The translations under genes and the position numbers were made by a program. DNA of 64,000 nt, taken from positions 2,452-66,451 of the forward strand of contig JACQPJ010000016.1 in NCBI GenBank assembly GCA_016207605.1. The letters run 5' to 3'. Positions 48,853 to 58,196 of this stretch are shown in pieces. Position 1 is the first letter of the stretch, and the number at the start of each line of letters is the position of its first letter. The stretch comes from Elusimicrobiota bacterium. Its GTDB lineage: Bacteria > Elusimicrobiota > Elusimicrobia > UBA1565 > UBA9628. Below the pieces are notes generated by a model. It searched no databases, had not been told where the DNA came from, and saw only the letters and a program-made list of their open reading frames with translations.

Positions 48853-51033
48853 TTAGTGCCTGAAGTGCCTCATGCCGGTGAAAACCATGGCGAGCTTGTG
48901 CTCGTCGGCGGCGGCGATGACCTCCGCGTCCTTGACCGAGCCGCCGGGCTGGACCAGGGCGGTGATGCCCAGCGTCGCGGCGGCGTCGATGCCGTCGCGG
49001 AAGGGGAAGAAGGCGTCGGAGGCCAGCACCAGCGCCCTGGGCGCGGGGTTGTCGCGGCCCCAGAGCCTGTACTTGACGCCGGCCATGTGCACCGAGTCCA
49101 CGCGCGACATCTGCCCGGCGCCCAGGCCCACGGTCTGCTCGGGGCCGGCCAGCACGATGGCGTTGGACTTGACGTGCTTGGCGCAGGCCCAGGCGAAGCG
49201 CAGCGCGACGTCCTCGTCCGGCGTCGGGGCGCGCTTGGTGACGACCTTCCAGTCCGGCCCCGCGACGGCGCGGTCGGGCTCCGTGACCAGGACCTCGTCG
49301 CCGATGGAGCGCAGCTGCAGGGCCTTGGTCGGCGGTCGACTGCGCTCGAGCAGGCGCACGTTGGGTTTTTTCTTTAATGACTCCAGGGCGGCGGGCTCAT
49401 AGCCTGGGGCGACGAGGACCTCCACGAAGCGTTTGGAGAGAAGCTCGGCGATGGCGAGGGTGACGGGACGGTTGAAGGCCAGCGCGCCGCCGAAGGCGGA
49501 GAGCGGGTCGCAGGCCCAGGCCCGCTCGAAAGCCTCCTCGATCGTTTTGCCGATGCCGATGCCCGCCGGCGTGACGTGCTTGAACACGACGGCCGCGGGT
49601 TGATCGAAGTCGCTGACCGCGTCCCAGGTCCCCGCGGCGTCCAGCAGGTTGTTGTAGGAGAGCTCCTTGCCGTGAAGCTGCTTGAACGACATTCCGCTTT
49701 CGTTGGCGTAGAGCGCGGCTTTCTGGTGGGGGTTCTCGCCGTAGCGCAGGTCCTGGACCTTGGAGAGGCGGGGGCTCAAGTCCGCGGGGAAGGCGGCGCC
49801 GGTGGGCGCGGCCTGGGCGGACCAGGCGCTCGAGATCATGCCGTCGTAGCCGGCCGTGTGCCGGAAGGCCGCCAGCGCCAGGCGGCGGCGCGTCGGCTCT
49901 GAGAGCCGTCCCTGAGAGGAGGCAAGCTCCGCGAGCGTGCCGGCATAGTCTGCGGGCGAGGTGAGCACGGCCACGTCCTCGAAGTTCTTGGCCGCGGCGC
50001 GGATCAGCGCGACGCCGCCGATGTCGATCTGCTCGATCACCGCGGGATCGTACGCCGAGGGCGCGGCGGCGGCGGTCTTGGCGAAGGGGTAGAGATTAAC
50101 AACGACTAGATCGATGGGTTCCAGGCCGAAGAGCTCCGCCTCACGGATCTGGTTGGGGTCCTTGCGCCGCAGCAGGATGGCGCCGTGCACGCTTGGATGC
50201 AGGGTTTTCACGCGTCCGTTCAGGATCTCCGGGAAGCCCGTCAGGGATTCAAGAGGGCGGATGGGCACGCCCGCCGCGAGCAGGGCCTTGGCCGTGCCGG
50301 AGGTCGAGACGATCTCCACGCCCAGCTCGCGCAGGCCGCGCGCCAGCTCCACGACGCCGCTCTTGTCCGAGACCGAGATCAGCGCGCGCCGCGCCCGAGG
50401 CGAGGGGTCGGGCGGCGGAGGCAGGATCTCGGCGCGGCCGCCGGCGAGCTTGACCCGGCCCGCGCAGAGGAGCGCGACGGCCTGGGGGTAGAGGCGATGC
50501 TCCTGGACGAGCACGCGCGCGGCCAAGGTCTCCGGCGTGTCGCCGGCGACCACCGGCACGGCCGACTGCAGGAGGATGGGGCCGTGGTCGTACTCCTCGT
50601 CCACGACGTGGACCGTGGCGCCGCTGACCTTGGCGCCGGAGGCCAGGACGGCCTCGTGCACGCGGCGGCCGTACATGCCCGGTCCGCCGAAGGCGGGCAG
50701 GAGGGCGGGGTGGATGTTGAGGATGCGGCCGGGGAAGGCCTTGAGCAGGGGGGGGCGCAGCTTGAGCAGGAAGCCCGCCAGGCAGATCAGCTCCGCGCCG
50801 CGCCGGGAGCACTCGTGCGCGAGGAAGGCGTTGTACTCGTCCGGAGTCGGATGGTCGGCCGGGGCCGAGACCAGCGTCTCGACGCCCGCGGCCCGCGCGC
50901 GGCGCAGGGCGCCCGCATCGGCTTTGTTCGAGACGACCAGGACGACCTCGCCGCGCGCGCGCCCGTCGCCGCAGGCGTCGAGCAGGGCCTGGAGGTTGGT
51001 GCCCTCTCCGGAGGCGAAGACCGCGAGGTGCAT
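48853..51033 (-). CDS. purH: PurN-PurH fusion (GAR transformylase + IMP cyclohydrolase/AICAR transformylase)
   Basis: N-terminal ASGEGTNLQA, NIHPALLP, GATVHVVD..YDHGPI; then ALISVSDK, GRVKTLHP, LRYGENPHQ, SDAFFPF, RHFRH. Confidence 0.95.
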   Translation of the reverse strand: MHLAVFASGEGTNLQALLDACGDGRARGEVVLVVSNKADAGALRRARAAGVETLVSAPADHPTPDEYNAFLAHECSRRGAELICLAGFLLKLRPPLLKAFPGRILNIHPALLPAFGGPGMYGRRVHEAVLASGAKVSGATVHVVDEEYDHGPILLQSAVPVVAGDTPETLAARVLVQEHRLYPQAVALLCAGRVKLAGGRAEILPPPPDPSPRARRALISVSDKSGVVELARGLRELGVEIVSTSGTAKALLAAGVPIRPLESLTGFPEILNGRVKTLHPSVHGAILLRRKDPNQIREAELFGLEPIDLVVVNLYPFAKTAAAAPSAYDPAVIEQIDIGGVALIRAAAKNFEDVAVLTSPADYAGTLAELASSQGRLSEPTRRRLALAAFRHTAGYDGMISSAWSAQAAPTGAAFPADLSPRLSKVQDLRYGENPHQKAALYANESGMSFKQLHGKELSYNNLLDAAGTWDAVSDFDQPAAVVFKHVTPAGIGIGKTIEEAFERAWACDPLSAFGGALAFNRPVTLAIAELLSKRFVEVLVAPGYEPAALESLKKKPNVRLLERSRPPTKALQLRSIGDEVLVTEPDRAVAGPDWKVVTKRAPTPDEDVALRFAWACAKHVKSNAIVLAGPEQTVGLGAGQMSRVDSVHMAGVKYRLWGRDNPAPRALVLASDAFFPFRDGIDAAATLGITALVQPGGSVKDAEVIAAADEHKLAMVFTGMRHFRH

Positions 51034-52076
51034 CAGGAAATCACGGCCTCGCTCTTGCCGGCGACGATCTCGCCGACCAGCCGCGCCTGCGGCAGGATTC
51101 GGCGGGCCAGCTCCAGGCTGTCAGGGCGGATCACGATCACGAGCCCCAGCCCCATGTTGAAGGTGCGCCACATCTCCCGGTCGGGCACGCGCCCGCGGCG
51201 CTGAATCTCGGCGAAGACGGGAGGCGGAGTCCAGGCTTGGCGATGGAAGACCGCCCGGCGCCCGCGGGGCAGGACGCGGGGCACGTTCTCGACCAGGCCG
51301 CCGCCCGTGATGTGCGAGAGGCCCAGGATGATCTTGCCCTCCGCGCGGAAGGCCCTCTGGAGCGACTGCACCGCGTCGACGTAGATGCGCGTCGGCGCCA
51401 GCAAAGTCCTGCCCCAGCGGCGCAGGTCCTTCTCCGGAAAGACGCGCCGCGCCAGCGAGTAGCCGTTGGAGTGCAGGCCCGAGGAGGGCAGGCCCAGGAT
51501 CAGATCGCCGGGGAAGATCTTGGAGCCGTCGATGACGTCGGCGCGCTTGACCAGGCCGACCGCGAAGCCGGCCAGGTCGTACTCGCCGGCCGGGTAGAAG
51601 CCCGGCATCTCCGCGGTTTCGCCGCCCAGCAGCACGCAGCGCCCCTGGCGGCAGCCCTCCATGATCCCGGCGATGATCTTCTTGGAGCGCTTGAGGTCCA
51701 GCTTGCCCGTCGCGTAGTAGTCGAGGAAGATCAGCGGCTTGGCGCCGCAGGTGATGAGGTCGTTGACCGACATGGCGACCAGGTCGACGCCGATGGTGTC
51801 GTGGCGGTCGAGGGCGAAGGCCAGCTTGAGCTTGGTGCCCACGCCGTCGGTGCAGGCGACCAGTTCCCAGGGCCCGTCGCCCTCAAGCTCCAGCGGGAAG
51901 AGGCCCGCGAAGCCGCCGATGGCCGGGGCCCGGCGCCGGATGTGCTCCACCAGCTTGTCGGCGAGGTCTATGTTGACGCCGGATTTTCGGTAGGTGAGGG
52001 CGCTATGGCGCCTAGGCCGCGACCCTTCGGGCGCGGCACAGACGCGGCCGCGGAAAGCCTTATAGCGTCTAGGCAT
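51033..52076 (-). CDS. purM: Phosphoribosylformylglycinamidine cyclo-ligase (AIR synthetase)
   Basis: TYRKSGVNI, GGFAG, TDGVGTK, GGETAEMPG, GLHSNGYS, HITGGG, TFNMG. The N-terminus carries the 19-codon repeat insert. Confidence 0.95.
   Translation of the reverse strand: MPRRYKAFRGRVCAAPEGSRPRRHSALTYRKSGVNIDLADKLVEHIRRRAPAIGGFAGLFPLELEGDGPWELVACTDGVGTKLKLAFALDRHDTIGVDLVAMSVNDLITCGAKPLIFLDYYATGKLDLKRSKKIIAGIMEGCRQGRCVLLGGETAEMPGFYPAGEYDLAGFAVGLVKRADVIDGSKIFPGDLILGLPSSGLHSNGYSLARRVFPEKDLRRWGRTLLAPTRIYVDAVQSLQRAFRAEGKIILGLSHITGGGLVENVPRVLPRGRRAVFHRQAWTPPPVFAEIQRRGRVPDREMWRTFNMGLGLVIVIRPDSLELARRILPQARLVGEIVAGKSEAVIS
52012..52072 (-). repeat. CTAG-bounded repeat, copy D (in frame in the purM 5' end)
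   Basis: Minus strand CTAGACGCTATAAGGCTTTCCGCGGCCGCGTCTGTGCCGCGCCCGAAGGGTCGCGGCCTAG. Confidence 0.88.
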
Positions 52077-52641
52077 GCTTGAGCTCCTTTCGGCTGCCCG
52101 GCTTGACCACGGGCACGCCCGCGCGGCAGGGCGGACAGTCGGCCGCGGGCCAGGCCGGCACGGCCACGGCCCAGAGCGCGGCGTAGGGCACGCCCAGGGC
52201 GGAGCGGCCGTCGGAGCGGTCCACGATCGAGAGCGCGCCCACGACCTCGGCGCCCGCGGCCCGCGCGACCTCGAAGACCTCCTTGGTGGACTTGCCCGTG
52301 GTGACCACGTCCTCGACGACGAGCACGCGCTCCCCGGGCTTGAGCGAGAACCCCCGGCGCAGGCCCATGACCCCGTCCGTGCGCTCGGTGAAGTAGTGGC
52401 GCACGCCGAGCGAGCGCGCGACCTCCTGGCCGATGATGAGGCCGCCCATCGCGGGCGAGAGCACCAGGTCGGGCTTGGCCGTGGCCTTGGCCGCCAGGGC
52501 GCGGCCCAGCTCCTCGGCGGCGGCGGGCTGGGCGAGCACCAGGGCGCACTGCAGGTAGCGGTCGCTGTGCAGGCCCGAGGAGAGCAGGAAGTGCCCCTTG
52601 AGAAAAGCGCCGTGGTCCAGGAAGAGCTTTTCGACGTTCAT
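52069..52641 (-). CDS. pyrE: Orotate phosphoribosyltransferase
   Basis: GHFLLSSGLHS, PAMGG, VVEDVVTTG, KPGSR. Confidence 0.95.
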   Translation of the reverse strand: MNVEKLFLDHGAFLKGHFLLSSGLHSDRYLQCALVLAQPAAAEELGRALAAKATAKPDLVLSPAMGGLIIGQEVARSLGVRHYFTERTDGVMGLRRGFSLKPGERVLVVEDVVTTGKSTKEVFEVARAAGAEVVGALSIVDRSDGRSALGVPYAALWAVAVPAWPAADCPPCRAGVPVVKPGSRKELKHA

Positions 52642-53345
52642 TTGGCCTCCGTGGCTTTTGCCGTCGCCGCGCGCATCTCGGCCAGTATGTCTTGGGCCGC
52701 TTGGCGCGGGTCCTTGGCGTGAGTGATGGGTCGCCCGATCACGACGTAGTCGATGCCCAGCGCCGCGGCCTGGCCCGGCGTGGTCACGCGGTTCTGGTCG
52801 TTGAGGTTGGCGCCCGCGGGGCGGATGCCGGGCGTGACGAACTTCAAGCTCAAGCCCGGCAGGCGTCGGCGCAGCTCGGCCACGTCCTGGGGCGAGCAGA
52901 TGGTCGCGTCGGCGCCGTTCCCGCGCCCGAGCGCGGCCAGGGACTCGATCATGTCCGGCACGCGCGCCGAGGGATGCAGAACCTGGACGTCCTTGGGACC
53001 CAGGCTGGTCAGCACGGTCACGCCCCAAAGCTGGGGCCGCGGCGAGACCGCGGCGGCCGCGGCCACCATGTCCGCGCCGCCCAGCAGGTGCAGGGACACG
53101 GAGTCCGCGCCCAATTTATGGGCCTCCTGGACCGCGTGCTGGACGGTCTGGGGGATGTCGTGAAGCTTGAGGTCCAGGAAGAGCTTGCCGCCGTGCCGGC
53201 GCACCAGGTCCGCGGCGGCGCGGCCGTGCGCGGTGAAGAGCTGCAGTCCCACCTTGTACCAGCAGACGACGCCCTTGAGCGCCTTGAGCAGCCCCTCGGC
53301 GCGCTCCAAAGTGTCCACGTCCAAAGCGACGATGATTTCGGTCAA
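52638..53345 (-). CDS. pyrF: Orotidine-5'-phosphate decarboxylase
   Basis: VALD, KVG, DLKLHDIPQTV, VTVLTS, TPGIRP, GRPI. Confidence 0.96.
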   Translation of the reverse strand: MTEIIVALDVDTLERAEGLLKALKGVVCWYKVGLQLFTAHGRAAADLVRRHGGKLFLDLKLHDIPQTVQHAVQEAHKLGADSVSLHLLGGADMVAAAAAVSPRPQLWGVTVLTSLGPKDVQVLHPSARVPDMIESLAALGRGNGADATICSPQDVAELRRRLPGLSLKFVTPGIRPAGANLNDQNRVTTPGQAAALGIDYVVIGRPITHAKDPRQAAQDILAEMRAATAKATEAK

Positions 53346-54340
53346 GGGAGTCCCCCCAGGATGCGCCGGACCGTCCCCGGCCCGCCGTAGACCAGGCCGG
53401 TGTAGAGCTGGACCAGGTCCGCTCCGGCGGCCAGGCGCTCGCGGGCGTCCTCGGCGTTTTCAATCCCTCCAACGCCGATGATGGGCAGTTTCGTCTTAGC
53501 GCGCGCCTTGCGCGCGAGCTCCGTCGCCCGGGCCTTGAGCGGCGCGCCCGAAAGACCGCCGGCCTCGACCGACCACTTCGCGTCCACATCCTCGCGCCCG
53601 ATCGTCGTGTTGGCGACCACCAGTCCCTGCGCGAGCCTTTCCGCCGTCTCGATCGCGGCGGCGAAATCCTCGTCGGCGAGATCGGGCGCCAACTTGACCA
53701 AGACGGGCTTTTTCATCCCGTTGGCTTCTTGGACGGCCTCCAGGATCGCGGCCAGGTTCTTGACGCTCTGCAGGGCGCGCAGTCCCGGGGTGTTCGGAGA
53801 CGACACATTGACCACGAAGTAGTCGCCGTGCGCCGCGAGAATCCGGAAAGTTCCCGCGTAGGCCTGCGGCGCCTCCTCCGGCGCCGTGCCCTTGTTGAGG
53901 CCCAGGTTGATGCCCAGGGGAATCGGCGGCCGGGGACGGGAGGCCAGGCGCCGCGCGACCGCGGCTGCGCCCTCGCTGTTGAAGCCGAGGCGATTGATGA
54001 GCGCGCGCGACTCGGGGACGCGGAAGAGCCGCGGGCGCGGATTGCCGGGCTGGGGCTCCAGTGTTACCGAGCCGATCTCCAAAAAACCGAAGCCGAGCGC
54101 GGGCAGGATCGGGACCAGGCGCCCGTCCTTGTCGAAGCCGGCGGCCAGCCCGACGGGGTTGGGAAAGCGCAGCCCGAAGACGACGCGCTCCAGGCTCGGC
54201 CGCGATGGGCCGGCCATTCTCGCCGCGACCGCCGCGGCGCCGGGGAGCTCGGCGAGCAAGGCCATCAGGCCCGAGACCTCCTCGTGCGCGCGTTCCGCGT
54301 CGAGGCGGAACAGCCACGGCCGCGCCAGCTCATAGAGCAT
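53342..54340 (-). CDS. pyrD: Quinone-dependent dihydroorotate dehydrogenase (class 2)
   Basis: GLAAGFDK, QPGNPRPRLFR, NRLGFN, NVSSPNTPGLR, GGLSG. Confidence 0.96.
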   Translation of the reverse strand: MLYELARPWLFRLDAERAHEEVSGLMALLAELPGAAAVAARMAGPSRPSLERVVFGLRFPNPVGLAAGFDKDGRLVPILPALGFGFLEIGSVTLEPQPGNPRPRLFRVPESRALINRLGFNSEGAAAVARRLASRPRPPIPLGINLGLNKGTAPEEAPQAYAGTFRILAAHGDYFVVNVSSPNTPGLRALQSVKNLAAILEAVQEANGMKKPVLVKLAPDLADEDFAAAIETAERLAQGLVVANTTIGREDVDAKWSVEAGGLSGAPLKARATELARKARAKTKLPIIGVGGIENAEDARERLAAGADLVQLYTGLVYGGPGTVRRILGGLP

Positions 54341-55622
54341 GGACCACGCGTCCGGCGACGAGGGTCTTGACCGCGCGGCCCTTGAGCGGGCGTCCCGCGA
54401 AGGGCGTGTTGCGGCTCTTGGAGCGGAAGGGCGGCGCGGGCGTCCAGGAGGCGCCCGGGTCTACCAGGACCAGATCGGCGTCCGCGCCCGGCGCCAGCGT
54501 GCCCTTGCCCTTGAGCCCGAGCAAGGCGGCCGGCGCCGAGGACATGCGCTCGACGAGCGCGCGCCGCGAGAGGACCTTGCCGCGGACCAATTCGGTCAGC
54601 GCGACGGCCAGGGAGGTCTCCAGGCCGATCACGCCGAAGGGCGCCAGGTCCAGGCCCTGCGCCTTGGCCCCGCAGCCGTGGGGCGCGTGATCGGTGGCGA
54701 TCGCGTCGATCGTCCCGTCGGCCAAGCCCTCGCGCAGGGCCGCGCGGTCTTCTCCGCCGCGCAGGGGCGGGTTCATTTTCCAATTCGCGTCCAAGTCAGG
54801 GATCATCCCGTCGGTCAGCGCGAAGTGGTGGGGGCAGGCCTCGGCGCTGACCGGCACGCCGCGGCGCTTGGCCCGGCGCACGGCCTCCACCGAGGCCGCC
54901 GCGGAGAGGTGCGCGAGGTGGACGCGGCCTCCCGTGAGCTCGGCCAGCGCGACGTCGCGCAGGACCTGCACGGTCTCCGCGGCGCCGGGAGCTCCTTTAA
55001 GGCCCTTGCGCAGAGCCGGCGCGCCCTCGTGGACGCAGGCGCCGGCCGAGAGGGTGAGGTCCTCGCAGTGGTCTATGACGAGCAGGCCCAGGTCCTTGGC
55101 GTACTCCAGCGCGCGGCGCATCAGCCCCGCGCTCATCACCGGCCGCCCGTCGTCGGAGAGCGCGGCGGCGCCGGCGGCCTTGAGCCGCGCGAACTCGGTC
55201 AGGCGCTCGCCCCTCTGTCCGGCGGTGACGGCGGCCGCGAAGAGGACGTTCACCTGGGCGTCCCGCGCGGCCTTGGCGCGCAGAAAGGCGAGCTGGGAGG
55301 GGGAGTCCGTGACCGGCTCGGTGTTGGCCATGGCGAGCACGGTGGTGACACCCCCGGCCGCGGCCGCGGCCGTCCCGGTCGCGATCGTCTCGTCGCCCTC
55401 GCGCCCTGGCTCGCGCAGGTGGACGTGCATGTCCACCAGGCCGGGGATCACCCACAACCCCTTCGCGTCGAGCGTCGGCGTTCCCTTCAAGCCGGCTTTT
55501 TTGGCCAAGCCCGCGGCCGCGTCCTTGATTTTTCCGTTCTCGATCAGGACGTCGCGCACCGCCTCCAGCTTGCGGCGCGGGTCGATCACGAGCCCGCCGG
55601 CGACGAGCAGGCGCTCAGCCAC
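54330..55622 (-). CDS. pyrC: Dihydroorotase
   Basis: DMHVHLREPG, DHCED, KMNPPLR, ATDHAPH, SKSRNTPF. Confidence 0.96.
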   Translation of the reverse strand: MAERLLVAGGLVIDPRRKLEAVRDVLIENGKIKDAAAGLAKKAGLKGTPTLDAKGLWVIPGLVDMHVHLREPGREGDETIATGTAAAAAGGVTTVLAMANTEPVTDSPSQLAFLRAKAARDAQVNVLFAAAVTAGQRGERLTEFARLKAAGAAALSDDGRPVMSAGLMRRALEYAKDLGLLVIDHCEDLTLSAGACVHEGAPALRKGLKGAPGAAETVQVLRDVALAELTGGRVHLAHLSAAASVEAVRRAKRRGVPVSAEACPHHFALTDGMIPDLDANWKMNPPLRGGEDRAALREGLADGTIDAIATDHAPHGCGAKAQGLDLAPFGVIGLETSLAVALTELVRGKVLSRRALVERMSSAPAALLGLKGKGTLAPGADADLVLVDPGASWTPAPPFRSKSRNTPFAGRPLKGRAVKTLVAGRVVHAL

Positions 55623-56535
55623 GGGCTCGTTCCTGCTCGCAGAGCGCGAGCACGGCCATGCGGATCAAGACGCCGTTGGCGACTTGGTCGAGGATCACGG
55701 AGCGCGGCCCGTCGGCGACCTCGGAGGAGATCTCCACGCCGCGGTTGATGGGCCCCGGATGCAGCACCAGGCCGTCGGGCTTGAGCAGGGCGAGCCTCTC
55801 GGGCGTGAGCTGGTAGGCGGCGGCGTAGTCGGCCAGGGAGGGCACGAAGCCCTGCTCCATGCGCTCGAGCTGGAGGCGCAGGACGTTGACCGCGTTGGCG
55901 CCGCGCAGGGCCTTCTCGACGTCGTGCTCGATACGCGCGCCCAGGGCCGCGAATTCCCGCGGGACCAGCGGCGTGGGCCCGCAGAACACGACAGAGGCCC
56001 CCAGCGTCTTGAGCGCGAAGAGGTTGGAGCGCGCCACGCGGCTGTGGCGTATGTCGCCCAGGATCACCACGCGTTTGCCTTTCAGCGAGCCCCAGCGCTC
56101 GCGCAGGGTCATGACATCGAGAAGCGCTTGGGTGGGATGCTCGTGCCAGCCGTCGCCGGCGTTGACTACGCAGGCCTTCAGCCGCGGCGCCAAATCCTCC
56201 AGCACGCCCGAGCGGTCGTAGCGGAGGATGAAGTGCGTCACCCCGATGGCCTGCAGGTTGAGCGCCGTGTCGAGCAAGGTCTCGCCCTTCGCGAGCGACG
56301 AGCCCGCCGCCGAGAAGCTCAAAACCTCCGCGCCCAGTCGCCGCGCGGCCATCTCGAAGGACGAACGGGTGCGCGTGGACGGCTCGGAGAAGAGGAAGGC
56401 CGCGGTGCGCCCGGCAAGGAGCGGCTTGGGGGGAGAGTCCTTGAAAGCCGCCGCCGCATCGAGAAGGCTCTCGATCTCGTCTGCCTCCAGCCCTTCCAGG
56501 CCGAGCAGGTCCTTGCGGCCCCAGTCTTTCGTCAC
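55615..56535 (-). CDS. pyrB: Aspartate carbamoyltransferase catalytic subunit
   Basis: EPSTRT, NAGDG..EHPTQALLD, HSRVARSN, RLQLER, HPGPINRG. Confidence 0.96.
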   Translation of the reverse strand: MTKDWGRKDLLGLEGLEADEIESLLDAAAAFKDSPPKPLLAGRTAAFLFSEPSTRTRSSFEMAARRLGAEVLSFSAAGSSLAKGETLLDTALNLQAIGVTHFILRYDRSGVLEDLAPRLKACVVNAGDGWHEHPTQALLDVMTLRERWGSLKGKRVVILGDIRHSRVARSNLFALKTLGASVVFCGPTPLVPREFAALGARIEHDVEKALRGANAVNVLRLQLERMEQGFVPSLADYAAAYQLTPERLALLKPDGLVLHPGPINRGVEISSEVADGPRSVILDQVANGVLIRMAVLALCEQERARG

Positions 56536-56616
56536 TCGCGGTTCGGTTCGGCGGAAGGAACCCCGCCTTACGGATTAAACTATTTTTGCCGCCCGCCCGT
56601 CAAAACGAACCGGCCG

Positions 56617-57018
56617 TCACCATTCCTCCACCCGCAAGCCGGGGACGCGCTTGAATTCGCGCACGTTGCGCGTGATGAGCGCGTGCCCCAGCGCCACGCA
56701 AGAGGCCGCCAGCCATAGGTCGTGGGCCCCGATGGGCGAGCCTTTGGCCTCCAACTCCGCCCAGAGCTGGGCGTGCGTCCTCGCCACGGCCAGCTCGATC
56801 GGCAAAACGGGGAAACGCTCCAAGATTCCTTCCACGAAGGCGGCCCGTTGCGCGCGCATCTTGGCGTCCTTGGCCCGCCAAACGCCGTGCAGAAGCTCGC
56901 TGGCGGTGACGACGGAGATGAAGAACTCATCATCCTTTCGCCCCTCGACCTTGGCGGCGACATTCAGAAGGCCGCGTTCCGCGGCGATCAGGGCGTTCGA
57001 GTCGATCAGGACCCCCAA
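56617..57018 (-). CDS. vapC: VapC PIN-domain toxin
   Basis: VLIDSN, SEL, IGAHDLWLAA, ITRNVREFKRVPGL. Confidence 0.9.
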   Translation of the reverse strand: MGVLIDSNALIAAERGLLNVAAKVEGRKDDEFFISVVTASELLHGVWRAKDAKMRAQRAAFVEGILERFPVLPIELAVARTHAQLWAELEAKGSPIGAHDLWLAASCVALGHALITRNVREFKRVPGLRVEEW

Positions 57019-57278
57019 GGATCCCTCGCGGGGCGGCGATTCAAGGATTTTTTCGCCGCCGTCACGTCGCGCTCGAAATCACGCGCATCCCCCGGCTCCA
57101 TGCGCGGCAGCGTCTTGAGGAGCGCGGGCAACTCCCCCAGCCGCCGCCCCCGCGGCGCGGGATGGAGTTCCGCGAGGACTTTCTTCCCCCGAACGAGCAG
57201 GAAGCTTTCCCCCGCGTAGGAGACGCGGTTCAGATAATCCGAAAAATGCCTGGCCATTTCCGTCACCGTCACGTTCAT
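57006..57278 (-). CDS. Phd/YefM family antitoxin
   Basis: VTVTEMARHFSDYLNRV; GGAGG RBS; overlaps vapC. Confidence 0.88.
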   Translation of the reverse strand: MNVTVTEMARHFSDYLNRVSYAGESFLLVRGKKVLAELHPAPRGRRLGELPALLKTLPRMEPGDARDFERDVTAAKKSLNRRPARDPWGS

Positions 57279-57306
57279 AATGCCTCCTGCCCAAACGTTT
57301 AACTGT

Positions 57307-57333
57307 TTATCAGTTTATCAGATAATATGATAA
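57307..57333. promoter_or_regulatory. Candidate TA autoregulatory operator
   Basis: TTATCAG repeated, plus inverted TGATAA, in the AT-rich leader of the antitoxin. Confidence 0.5.
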
Positions 57334-57566
57334 AAATCAATGACACAAGTAAGGAGTAAGGAATCCTGCTTGATAAATTTGTCGCGTTAGAATACCATCG
57401 GGTGAAGCCAAAAGTTGGAGCCGCACTCCATAGCCGGGGTGGTTGCAAGCGTCAAGATAGCAGGGAGAGATTCGTGTTTGAACTATTGGGCGGCATTCGG
57501 AAAGCGCACTGGAATCGCCAATGCTCTGCTGCCGTACAACGCGGGCAGGAAAATTATCTTGAATAC

Positions 57567-58133
57567 ATGAACAAATGGGCCCGAGAGAAGAATGCCGTGC
57601 CTCCTCGATCAGGCCCGGTAACGATGGATCAGTTTGTCGCCCTTGCTTCCATTTATTCTGCAAGTATCGGCTGGTTTGAGGCATTCAAAACTCCAGAGTT
57701 CGATGGGGTCTTTATTCATGTTCCTCCTGATGCCGCGTTTCGAAAGAGAGCGCTAGAATTCAGCATGTACCATCACTTTTTGCATTCGCTCATCTGGACC
57801 TCATTTGGTATCTCAGAGAAAGCGCTTTCACAGGTTGCCGAGAACTTTGGAATCGCGATGATGCTCGCAGGCTTCATCAAGGAGAAGTCTGAGTTCGATG
57901 GATTCCAAAAGCTGTTTGCCAACCGCATGTCCCAATATGGGGAGTGCCTGAAGAACCAGAAGGCGGCGGTCACACCGGCTTTATTGATGGCTGAAATTCT
58001 TGCCGGCCAACTGTTTGATGACGGAGACTCCCTTAGAAAATCCAGATTCAAAATAGCCCTGTCTTCAAACCTTGCCGCCTCGGTGGCCGACCTAAAAACA
58101 ATGTATTCGCGTTTCCAACTGAAAGCAGCATAG
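57567..58133 (+). CDS. Low-GC hypothetical protein
   Basis: Open frame 57402-58133 with atypical AT-rich codon usage. Start uncertain. Confidence 0.55.
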   Translation: MNKWAREKNAVPPRSGPVTMDQFVALASIYSASIGWFEAFKTPEFDGVFIHVPPDAAFRKRALEFSMYHHFLHSLIWTSFGISEKALSQVAENFGIAMMLAGFIKEKSEFDGFQKLFANRMSQYGECLKNQKAAVTPALLMAEILAGQLFDDGDSLRKSRFKIALSSNLAASVADLKTMYSRFQLKAA

Positions 58134-58196
58134 CCCCGGGCAAGAAAATCTACGGGGGAAGGGTTTGGCGTGATCTCGCGTGCTGGATGTCGAGAC

